Assembly: GCA_010093745.1 (NCBI GenBank)
Contig: MU005964.1
Location: forward strand, 372,001 to 420,024
Length of the DNA stretch: 48,024 bases
Origin: Piedraia hortae CBS 480.64
Taxonomy: Eukaryota
Reading direction: 5' to 3'
Below the pieces are notes generated by a model, which was not told the origin of the DNA, searched no databases, and saw only the letters and a program-made list of their open reading frames with translations. Made by a program: the position numbers and the translations under genes. Of this stretch, positions 1 through 9,180 are shown piece after piece (position 1 is the first letter of the stretch; the number at the start of each line of letters is the position of its first letter).

Positions 1-2594
1 CGTACATTAATATTGGCACAAATTGCCTCGAGCTGTGCGCGGCTCTGTAGGCTCGGATCTATCTGCTCGTAGCCAATGGCTGCAGCTAATTGCCTGTGTG
101 CTTCAATATCAGCGTAGCGTCTAATGGGAGACGTGAAGTGGGTGTAAATTGGTGTTGCTAGACCGTAGTGTTGGAATTCTCCCTCGGTTCGTGTTCCCGC
201 GCAGAAGTACTCTGCGCTCATCATGCATCGTGTTGCCAGCATGCGGACAAGGGTGTTGAAGTAATCGTCTTTGGGGTCTATGCATTTGTCCAGGCTATCT
301 GCCAGCGCCTTCGACGACTCTGTTCGTAATTCGAGCCCTTTGCGCACGCTCAGCTGTTGCTTCAAGTCCTCGAAATTGGCTTGAGGCGGTGCAGCATGTC
401 GTCGTAATACTGCAGTCTGTGGAAACGTCTCTTGATTCTTTGCCGCGACGCTAATGTTTGCTAGCAACATGAACTCCTCCACCAAAGAGTTGGTTTCTAG
501 CAGGGCTTTGGTCTGGACATCTACTGGTTCCGAGGTTTCGCTCTCCATTTGTACACGGACCTCTGGACTTGCCAGATTCAAGGCCCCGGCTGCCATACGC
601 CTTGCACGCAGTTTCTTGGATAGCATCAGTAAGTTCCGCATGCCACCTGTCAACTCGTCCTTCTGTGACTTGTCATCGATTCGCAACTGAGCGGCTTCGT
701 AAGAAAATGCCTCGCGGCTACGTATCACGCTCTTGTGGAACTTTGTCTTGATAACCTCACCATCTGGATTCAGTTCCCAGATAACGCTAAACGCATACCG
801 TTCCACTTGCGGCTTCAGCGAACAAAGATCTGTTCCCAGCAACATGGGCAGCATGTCGATCCGCTTGTCAACTAGGTAGACGGTCGTTCCACGTAGCGCA
901 GCCTCACGGTCCATTGCAGTGTTTGGCTTCACAAAGTGCGACACATCCGCAATGTGGACGCCTACTTCCAGGTTGCCGTTATCTAAGTGTCTAGCATGTA
1001 GTGCGTCGTCGATGTCCACGCAGCCCGGTGGATCAATGGAACACACTGGAAGATGCCGCAGGTCTTCCCGGCCTTGCCATGCGGGATCGTCTTTCGGTGG
1101 CACGATCCAAGAATGACCTTCTTTTGGCAGACAGCTCAGCACTGTCATCGGGAATGGACGATATTGCACATCCCATTCCAGCAGCAACGCCTCTGTCTCG
1201 GCGCCTTTGGATTCCAGTTCGCCCAAGCTACGAACAAAGTGACCAATGGGATGTCGTGAGGTACGATCCCAGTCATCTATGGTTACCAGCACTCGCTTTC
1301 CCAGCAGTTCGCCGGCTTGCCGAGTTCGCACGCGCACTTTGGGTATCCGCTTGTCCATGGGCAGGAAGAATACCGTCTGCTGTGCTCTCGAGTCTGGCGA
1401 ACGCACGGAGTCCCGTTCAATATGGCCAACATATTGACGCCAGTTGCGTTTAATGATGCCAACTACCTTTGCCGTCGGCTTTACTTCCCCCTCAGCTCCG
1501 CGTCTGTGAGTTTTCTTGACCTCTTCTTGCAACGCTCGCCTTTCTTCTTCCGTAACGATCGTCTCCGCCTCATCTTCGTCTGCATTTTCATTCCGACCTA
1601 CGTCTTCTTCTGTAACGACCTTGCTAGATGGGGCCTTCCATTGGCTCTTTGGAAGAACCTCGATGATAACCACATCGCCTGAGATTGCTCGGTTGCCGTT
1701 CTCCCTTCCTTGGACTATAAGCGGCCGCTCAAAGGTCGGTACGCTGACACTACCCTCAAGGTAGTTGTAGGGGGACACAGAGAATGTGCCCTGATGCAAT
1801 GTTCCATTACGTACTCCCGTCAGCAGGGCCGACATGTGCAGATGATCGGGATACAGCATCGCGGCTTTTTTATCCTGTACGTCCCGCCCTACAATCATGT
1901 CCAGCAGACGATCGGCGTTCGGTAGCTTTGAGACATAGTCTCGTATAGCCACAGCAGGAATTTGCTCTGCCTGAGCCTTGCGGAGATTATCCCGATCGTC
2001 AGACAGCATTACAACGGCAGGACATCTCTGACTGCCGCGCTTGTGAACCGCTTCAAGCAGATGTTGCGCATACCAAGCAGTAGCTGTGCGTATAGCGCGG
2101 TCGTTGCGATCATTGATCGTTTCACCTGGATCCCGGCGCACATAAGTGTCCACGTGAAATTCGTTGAAAAATATAGCAAACCTTTTGCTTTCGACCTTGG
2201 TCAGGGCCACAAGCCGATAGTAAAGGGGTAGAGATCTGTTCTTGACCTCTTCAAGCACCGTCTGCAGCACTATGACATCCTGGAGTACTGTGCCCTCGTT
2301 TTCCAATAGATCCATCGAGGACAAGAAGGCATTGGTATCGGGCACAAGATAATGACCTTGAGGATATTGCTCTGTCCCCGCGGGCGTTGCTGACAGTACA
2401 GGAGAGTGGGCATGGCGAGTGTTGGCGACTAAGTCTCGGCAGTCGGAACATAATTGCGACAAACATGGAATATCTTTGCGGAGATAGACCTCACGAACAA
2501 TTTTTTGCACTTTACCAGACCGTAAAGTGCGAAGATAGGTTTTACTTGAGAGGGTCGTGGTGCCCGAGGCGTAGGGTCGTTTTAAAGAGGCCAT
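1..2594 (-). CDS. DIS3: Exosome catalytic subunit Dis3/Rrp44 (PIN endonuclease + RNB exonuclease); 3' end runs off the window
   Basis: Manual translation from ATG at 2594: MASLKRPY...GKVQKIVREVYLRKDIPC, PIN motifs HYLVPDTNAFL, QTVLEEV, INDRNDRAIR, LSDD; RNB motifs SIDPPGCVDIDDALH (~997-1041) and YTHFTSPIRRYAD (~108-146). The frame at base 3 (LEAICANINV) matches the start frame. Absent from the ORF track because no stop lies in the window. Confidence 0.97.
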   Translation of the reverse strand, partial: MASLKRPYASGTTTLSSKTYLRTLRSGKVQKIVREVYLRKDIPCLSQLCSDCRDLVANTRHAHSPVLSATPAGTEQYPQGHYLVPDTNAFLSSMDLLENEGTVLQDVIVLQTVLEEVKNRSLPLYYRLVALTKVESKRFAIFFNEFHVDTYVRRDPGETINDRNDRAIRTATAWYAQHLLEAVHKRGSQRCPAVVMLSDDRDNLRKAQAEQIPAVAIRDYVSKLPNADRLLDMIVGRDVQDKKAAMLYPDHLHMSALLTGVRNGTLHQGTFSVSPYNYLEGSVSVPTFERPLIVQGRENGNRAISGDVVIIEVLPKSQWKAPSSKVVTEEDVGRNENADEDEAETIVTEEERRALQEEVKKTHRRGAEGEVKPTAKVVGIIKRNWRQYVGHIERDSVRSPDSRAQQTVFFLPMDKRIPKVRVRTRQAGELLGKRVLVTIDDWDRTSRHPIGHFVRSLGELESKGAETEALLLEWDVQYRPFPMTVLSCLPKEGHSWIVPPKDDPAWQGREDLRHLPVCSIDPPGCVDIDDALHARHLDNGNLEVGVHIADVSHFVKPNTAMDREAALRGTTVYLVDKRIDMLPMLLGTDLCSLKPQVERYAFSVIWELNPDGEVIKTKFHKSVIRSREAFSYEAAQLRIDDKSQKDELTGGMRNLLMLSKKLRARRMAAGALNLASPEVRVQMESETSEPVDVQTKALLETNSLVEEFMLLANISVAAKNQETFPQTAVLRRHAAPPQANFEDLKQQLSVRKGLELRTESSKALADSLDKCIDPKDDYFNTLVRMLATRCMMSAEYFCAGTRTEGEFQHYGLATPIYTHFTSPIRRYADIEAHRQLAAAIGYEQIDPSLQSRAQLEAICANINV

Positions 2595-2908
2595 GTCTGC
2601 GCCGAATCTTGGTGGTGTCTGATGTCAAAGTGCGGTCGTTGTGGAAAACGTGACGGTCCGCTCCGAGCCGCTGTCAAAATCGGGAAATTGTATGCACACC
2701 AGTCGAAATTTGAGCTAGCACTAGCGTTAATATGTCTAGCTTACGGGAAAGAAAACCTGACTGTGACATATTGCATGGCACCTTGCCTGTGAGCATCCAC
2801 AACATGTAGCAGTGCTCAGAATGGAATTACACATTCGACTCGGTTTGCGAACAGTGTTCTATAACTCCAATCAAACCTAAACATATTGGTATACATTCAC
2901 GCAACGAA

Positions 2909-3814
2909 TTATTTCAAAGCATCCAGCTCCGCGATATAGCGATAGATGCCCTGAGAGCTCTCGGACATGGTCTGCCGAGAAGGCGACGTTCTTGTACCAT
3001 CTAGATCAATTGAATATTGGGAAATTCCCAAGCTTTCAGCAGTATCAGGGCAGCAAGGATAGAGTAGTTCCATATCCGGGACTACAGCACCGCGGGTTAT
3101 GCCGAGGTCATCACAGATACGCTCTGCTTGTGCCTCATCAACTCCAGGGAGATGTACGCGAACGCCAGAACTGTAGGAAGAGATTGGAAGGTTGCCCAAA
3201 CGTGCCAACCGCCTGAGCTCTTCATGTACATGACTGAGCTCCTTCATGGTGCGACCGAAGTCGGCTGCAAGGTCGTTCAGCAAGCTGGAATTGAGGTCGC
3301 TTGGGACCGAGTCAACTGCCGTGAGCATAGGAGCAAGCTGGAACTGGATGAAGCAGCCGGCAGTTGTGGCTGGTGGGGCATCGCGGAGGGTATCAATGCG
3401 ATACTGTTTATCTCCGGTAGCAGTGAGCCCCGCGTATTCAGCACGTCGTCCCGCAAGGGCGAATAGGCGAACTGCCTGGTGCACGTTCTGCACAATCTGA
3501 GCGGGACGGAGAGGCGTGGTAGAGAAATCTCGCACGCCGCCAACCGTTGTTCGACCGAGAACACCACCTGTGAGATTGGGACGAAGGGTCGAAACCAAAG
3601 GGCGTTGACGCGCGGTGGCCTGCCTGGCCAGCGGCACTGTTGCGGGGACAGCTCGGGAGATAATGGACTGGACGAGTCTTCCGGTTGGAATGGCTCGGGT
3701 TACCTGTCGGGGAGCGGCTGCCTGACGGAACGAACGAGTAACCATCAAGGTGGGCTCAAACAGGACATGTCTGACTGCGCTTGCCAGGCGCGGAATGTAC
3801 TGTCGCCAGTGCAT
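2909..3814 (-). CDS. Uncharacterised conserved-looking fungal protein (301 aa)
   Basis: ATG at 3814 (MHWRQYIPRL...) within ORF 2909-4135. Blocks PAQIVQNVHQAVR, FIQFQLAP, LAADFGR, RVHLPGVD...ICDDLGITRG resemble, from memory, a Pezizomycotina family often labelled 'casein kinase II beta 2 subunit', but no CK2-beta zinc-finger motif is visible. Confidence 0.75.
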   Translation of the reverse strand: MHWRQYIPRLASAVRHVLFEPTLMVTRSFRQAAAPRQVTRAIPTGRLVQSIISRAVPATVPLARQATARQRPLVSTLRPNLTGGVLGRTTVGGVRDFSTTPLRPAQIVQNVHQAVRLFALAGRRAEYAGLTATGDKQYRIDTLRDAPPATTAGCFIQFQLAPMLTAVDSVPSDLNSSLLNDLAADFGRTMKELSHVHEELRRLARLGNLPISSYSSGVRVHLPGVDEAQAERICDDLGITRGAVVPDMELLYPCCPDTAESLGISQYSIDLDGTRTSPSRQTMSESSQGIYRYIAELDALK

Positions 3815-4149
3815 GTTGGCTGTGGTGATGTTGGTGGAAGGAAGGTGAGGTGATGCTGTGGCGAAGCGCTCTGGCGGGGCATTGTGGCGGTGTATAGGCC
3901 GTGCGGTGGCGTCGGCGGGGTGCGCGAGGGATGACCTTGGGGTTAGGGTTGTGACGGTGAACCCGGACACCTGTCTGACAGGAAACTGAGTTGTGTGACA
4001 AGCCTGACAGGCGACTGACCTTCTCCATTCGCAGAGCTGATGGCAGAGACGGTCGTGGCTGGCGGCAGCAGATATCAGATACAGCAAAACACGTGACGTA
4101 TGCGCTGAGCCGCGTCTCGGCCAAAGCCACAGCACAACCCCCTTTCACC

Positions 4150-6114
4150 ATGGCGCCGCAAAGGGGAGTCAGAATGTCTGCCCCTGACTCTTGTGCGCCG
4201 GCATCATCCGTACAGTCGTTCACCGCCTTTCGCGCGCGCGACCCACGCCTGTCCCAGTCCCAATTGAATGACAGACAGCGGAGCCGCGCGCAATCGGACA
4301 TTCCACGGACACTTCCCCCCATGTCCACGTCTGCTCGACCTTCCATCCAACTACAAGGGTCCAAAGCGCCACGAACGCCGGTGCGGGACTCATTTGATCC
4401 CCCGGCCGGGCGGTTTGGCAACTTTTTCGGGTGGAAGAGTTCCCCCCGCAGCATGCGAAGTCCGTCACCGTCGCCCTCGGCCGAGCAGTCAAACATGGCG
4501 GAAGCCGAGATGCAGCACGCAACTGACGGAGCAACCCAATGGCAATGGGGGAAGTCGGACGTCAGTGCCGAGCAGGTGCACGAGCTGGAAGAGGAATTGG
4601 CGCAGGTAAGCAGCGAGCTGGCCAGCTCCGTGAGGAGAGAGATGGAGTTGGAGGACGAGCTGGAGCGGCTTAGGGCCGAGCTGCCGGGGGCACGCCGTAG
4701 TAGCGATTACTTTTCCGACTCTGGTGTAAGCCTTTCCAAGTTCCCAGTGTCGGATGTCGACGCGAAGTTGGAAGACATGGAGGCAAAGCTGCGGAAGGCA
4801 GAGCAAAGACGAGCCGAATTGGCGGCAGAGATGGCATCGCGCACCCAGGAAGAGCTGGCTAGGCGGAGAGAGCTTGAAATTACCAGTCGTAGATTGCAGG
4901 AGCAACTGTTGGCATCGGATCGGCTGATGGAAACCGAGGCGCTGCTGACCGACCGACGGCGGCGTCTGACGGAAGAGCGCCTGGCCAAGGACAACATTGG
5001 CGACCTCTACCATGCCACCCGTGCCGAATTGGAGCGGTTGCAGATTGAGCGCGATCATATGAATGAGGCTCTAACTGAGTTGAACTCGCGAATGGCCGGG
5101 CTCGAGGCCGAAAATGCGCGGTTGCAGCAGGAAAAGCGCTCCGAGGGCTCCGTCGAGAGTCTCAAGGACGTTGAGGACCAGCGAGACGCCCTGCAACGTG
5201 CCCTCAAACTGCTCATCCAGCGTTATGAGCGGCAGGAACGTCTCGCTCCGAAGCCAGATGCGGCCCCTCGCCCCCGGAAAGCATATCACAGCGAGGTTGC
5301 GCTGCTGAAAGAGGACGTAACACGCCTCCGTGGAAGGAGTGAAGACGTTCTCGAGCAAAAGTATCAGTTTGAGCAGAACCTGGGAGGTGCCAAAATGGAC
5401 CTAGATCGCGCCGAGCAGGAGAGCCGCCGTCTACGAAGTTCACTCCGCCAGGAAGTCAATAGTGAAGTAGTTCAGGGCACAGAGGAGCTCCACATCACAG
5501 CTGCATCATGGCGACGGGCGTCTGCCACGCCTGGGCTAGAGCAACGTGCTCAGCGTGTGGACGAACTCGTTGATAGATTAGAACAGCAGACGCGCGAACA
5601 CAGGCGCCGTCACGACCGCCTTACTTGGGCTCTTGAAGAGGGCGAGAGGGAGCAAGAACGTTCCACCCGGCAAATGGAAGACACTCAACGGCGGCTGGCT
5701 GACTTGGAGAATGCCGTTGTCAGTGGACAACAGCACTGCGAAGATACGCTGGCCCTGCACGAGGGCGAAGCAAGGAGATTGGACGAGGCCAAAGTGCCCC
5801 AACTGCAGCGGTTAGCACTTTCCTCCTCCTCGTCCTCCCGAAATCCTCCCGCGCAGCTCGACGGCGTCCTCAAACGGCCCGTCAAGAACCTGCGTCAGGC
5901 TGCCGAAACGGCCACGCTGGAACGCCGCATCTTGGAGTTGGAGGCTGCTCTGCATCAGGCAGAAGAAGAGGTTAGCTGGGTTGTCGAGAGGGTAAATCGT
6001 CGACAAGCCAACGTTGCCGAGCTCGCGGCTCAGCGGGAAGAGTCTGCTGAAGCCGTCAAGGAACTCCGGCGATTGATTATATCGGAAAGAGAGAATGTTG
6101 ATCTGGAGCTATGA
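4150..6114 (+). CDS. Long coiled-coil protein of unknown function
   Basis: First ATG of the 707-codon ORF is at 4150 (TTCACCATGG). S/P/R-rich N-terminus, then heptad-rich E/R/L/Q sequence with block ELASSVRREMELEDE...RRSSDYFSDSG. Confidence 0.8.
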   Translation: MAPQRGVRMSAPDSCAPASSVQSFTAFRARDPRLSQSQLNDRQRSRAQSDIPRTLPPMSTSARPSIQLQGSKAPRTPVRDSFDPPAGRFGNFFGWKSSPRSMRSPSPSPSAEQSNMAEAEMQHATDGATQWQWGKSDVSAEQVHELEEELAQVSSELASSVRREMELEDELERLRAELPGARRSSDYFSDSGVSLSKFPVSDVDAKLEDMEAKLRKAEQRRAELAAEMASRTQEELARRRELEITSRRLQEQLLASDRLMETEALLTDRRRRLTEERLAKDNIGDLYHATRAELERLQIERDHMNEALTELNSRMAGLEAENARLQQEKRSEGSVESLKDVEDQRDALQRALKLLIQRYERQERLAPKPDAAPRPRKAYHSEVALLKEDVTRLRGRSEDVLEQKYQFEQNLGGAKMDLDRAEQESRRLRSSLRQEVNSEVVQGTEELHITAASWRRASATPGLEQRAQRVDELVDRLEQQTREHRRRHDRLTWALEEGEREQERSTRQMEDTQRRLADLENAVVSGQQHCEDTLALHEGEARRLDEAKVPQLQRLALSSSSSSRNPPAQLDGVLKRPVKNLRQAAETATLERRILELEAALHQAEEEVSWVVERVNRRQANVAELAAQREESAEAVKELRRLIISERENVDLEL

Positions 6115-6582
6115 TGTGAAGGGGGTTTACAGCGTGGCATGTTTGGTACAATTGATGATAAATTAACTAGACGGCGGCCCGTGAGTGGGGACATGTAAGA
6201 TATTCCACGCGGGTGGAATGACAGCTGAGCGACCTCGGCCCGCATGAGCTTGCTTCTTGTACATCTCACAGCCCACTGGGCAGTTAATATCAAAACGTTG
6301 AATGCCCTGGTTGAGCTCTCAACATGACACGCGTGGTTGCGCAAATCACGCGGGTGACGGTGCGGGGGCAAGTGTGTGTGTGGCTGCCGTTGCTCAATCA
6401 ACCGCCACATGAAATGCCCGCCGACTCGATTCGCCTTTGATTAAATGCAGGCGGACCCCTTCACGTGCGCAGGGTCTCAGGGTCCTGTCGATTAACGTTT
6501 CGATTTTCCTTTTGCGCCTGGAGGCCCCCTTGCTTTTGCATTCTTGCCGCAGAGTTGGGCTAAACAGTTCACCTCGAACGCA

Positions 6583-8568
6583 ATGGCCTATCCTCACCAG
6601 CAACAGCAGGACAGCCACAATCCCAATCGCTTGCACATCAACTTTGGCTACAATAACGGACCCAACTTCGGCGCCGAGCAGGGCCGTGCCTTTCCCACCA
6701 CACCGTCGACCTTTCCCCAGCCTTTGCCTGATGCTCGCGGCTACCAAGACGTGTGGGGAACCGGCCAGGATACCAGCGGCATAACGCAGCAGGGCTATTT
6801 CTACAACAATGCGCCTCTGCCTTCGGTTCCCAACTACCAGTCCCCGCCACCTCAAGGCTACCGCTCTCCCGGAGGTGGAGGCTATCCTGACGTCAACGGC
6901 GGGCTTGCGCAGCAGTTTCAGCACCAGAATTTGGGCGCAAACTCCCCACGCTCCGCTAGTCCATATCAAAGCCGTCCCCGTACCGCCGGACAGCACGGTC
7001 AGGTGAGGTACGATGGTTACACGGCTGCCCCTGCCATGCCAGCGCAGCCAAACATTTACGACGACGAGCCACCGCCAAAGAGCACCGACCGGTATTCCAA
7101 AGCTGTCCTTGACCATGTCAAGCTGCAAAAGATGCTCACGCAAGAGTTCTTCAAGGAGAATGTGGAACGCGCCCGCGCGCGCAACGAACGTGCAAAGGAC
7201 CTTGAAAATTTGATGCAGTCGCGGGAGCTGCCAGATTTCCGCAAGCAACAGCGCAAGAGCGCCTTACGCAAATCGGAAGCTAACTTCTTACGATTTCTGC
7301 GTACGAGCGAGCGCCCAGAGAACTACACAACCATCAAAATCATTGGTCGCGGTGCCTTTGGTGAGGTGCGCCTGGTGCAGCGTATCCACGATGGTAAAAT
7401 TTATGCACTCAAGTCGCTGATTAAGGCTGAGATGGTAAACCTGACGCTCTTTCACCCTTGCCGTGTTTGCTAATGCTGGACGCAGCACAAAAGGGACCAG
7501 CTGGCTCATGTCCGAGCCGAGCGTGATATCCTCGCGAATGCTGACAGTCCTTGGTTGGTCAAATTGCACACGTCGTTCCAGGATTCGTCGTTCTTGTACA
7601 TGCTCATGGAGTTTCTGCCCGGTGGCGATCTCATGACGATGCTCATCAAGTACGAGATTTTCTCCGAGGACATCACCCGCTTCTACATGGCCGAGCTCAC
7701 ACTTGCCATTGAAGCTGTACACCGATTGGGCTTTATTCATCGGTGCGTGTGATCCTTCTCCCTCCCCAAGTAGTTCTGCTGATTGTTCCAAAGCGATATC
7801 AAGCCTGACAACATCTTGCTTGATCGTGGTGGCCATCTCAAGCTGACAGACTTTGGCTTGTCCACCGGCTTCTCCAAAGAGCACTCGGCAGCCTACTACC
7901 AGCAACTCATGCAAGAAGGCAGGCGCAAATCAAACAATCTCAGCCGAAACTCGGTGACTATTGATCAGATACAGTTGACGGTGTCAAATCGCAACCAGAT
8001 CAACACCTGGCGCAAGTCGCGCCGCCAATTGGCCTATTCCACCGTTGGTACGCCCGACTACATTGCCCCTGAGATATTCAGCGGCAAGGGCTATGACTTT
8101 GGATGCGATTGGTGGAGTGTAGGCACCATCATGTTCGAGTGCATGATTGGCTGGCCGCCATTTTGCGCTGACGACCCCAAGATCACATACTGCAAGATTG
8201 TCGAATGGCCTCGTTACCTACAATTTCCTCCGGACCAGCCTCTTGGAGCTGACGCGGAGAATTTCATGCGCAGCCTAATGTGCGAGCCGCAGGACCGTCT
8301 CGGACGCACATACGGAGCGCAAGAGATCAAGGCCCATCCTTTCTTCCGTGGTGTTGACTGGACGGCTCTGCGCAAAATCCGGGCTCCGTTCGAACCCAAG
8401 CTGCAGAGCAACATTGACACGCAGTACTTCCCCATCAACGAAATCTCTCAAGTTGATAATTCTGCCAAGATCCGCGAACAGACGCGCATGCAGACCGACG
8501 ACGCTACTCTGAGCTTACCCTTTATTGGCTACACGTACAAGCGCTTTGATGCCTTTAGGGGCGCCTAG
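6583..8568 (+). CDS. COT1: NDR/LATS-family Ser/Thr kinase Cot1/Cbk1; exons 6583-7434, 7486-7742, 7794-8568
   Basis: [14 protein letters not shown] (Mob-binding NTR), IGRGAFGEV, spliced [16 protein letters not shown] and [29 protein letters not shown], hydrophobic motif FIGYTY. Two 51-nt introns (7435-7485 GTAAAC..GCTAAT..CAG; 7743-7793 GTGCGT..GCTGAT..AAG) join the three ORFs in frame. Confidence 0.96.
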
Positions 8569-9180
8569 ATAGTTGAATGACGACCCTTTGAAAACAGATA
8601 TTTGTGCGTTGTGTAAGGCTTAACCATGACTGTCATTGAAGTCTGCGCTTCATCACCTAGCCTCAAACTGGAGCAGTCTGTAACTTTTGTCAGCCATCCC
8701 ACACTAAAGTTAAAAGCAAACCTACCTCTTCGTTCTTTCCTTGTACAGAACGCGATACCCACATGAATTGCAGCGCACAGCCTCACTTTTGTTCAGAGTG
8801 ACTCGTTTATCGCAATCACCGCAAACGTAGTAAATGGTCCTGTTGTCTTCTGCTGCAGCATTGGTAGTCGCAACAGCGGCTTGGCCTAAAATCAGTTCAG
8901 CATTTGAAGCTGTTCGTTAGTAATTACGCACTCGCAGCAGCGTTTCCATACGCATTGCCCGCCGAGGTCGAAAGTTTGGATCCCGGGACGTGTTCTTCAC
9001 GCGACATGTTTGTTAAAAGCTTCTGTATTCAACGTTGCAGAATTGATCGCTGGGAGACAGGCAGCCGGTTACGTAAGCACCGTTTTGCCATGTCCGGATC
9101 GGGACTAGTGCAAGTCACCACAAACGGTCCCGCCCAACCGCATCTCCAAATGCCGCAGCCAGAGGCGGACTCGTGGACCC

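Noticed and set aside
454..2653. Many short ORFs over 454-2653
   Set aside because: Antisense or off-frame shadows of DIS3, with no recognisable motifs.
6394..7914. 284-aa and 208-aa minus-strand ORFs
   Set aside because: Antisense to COT1 exons; explained by codon bias.
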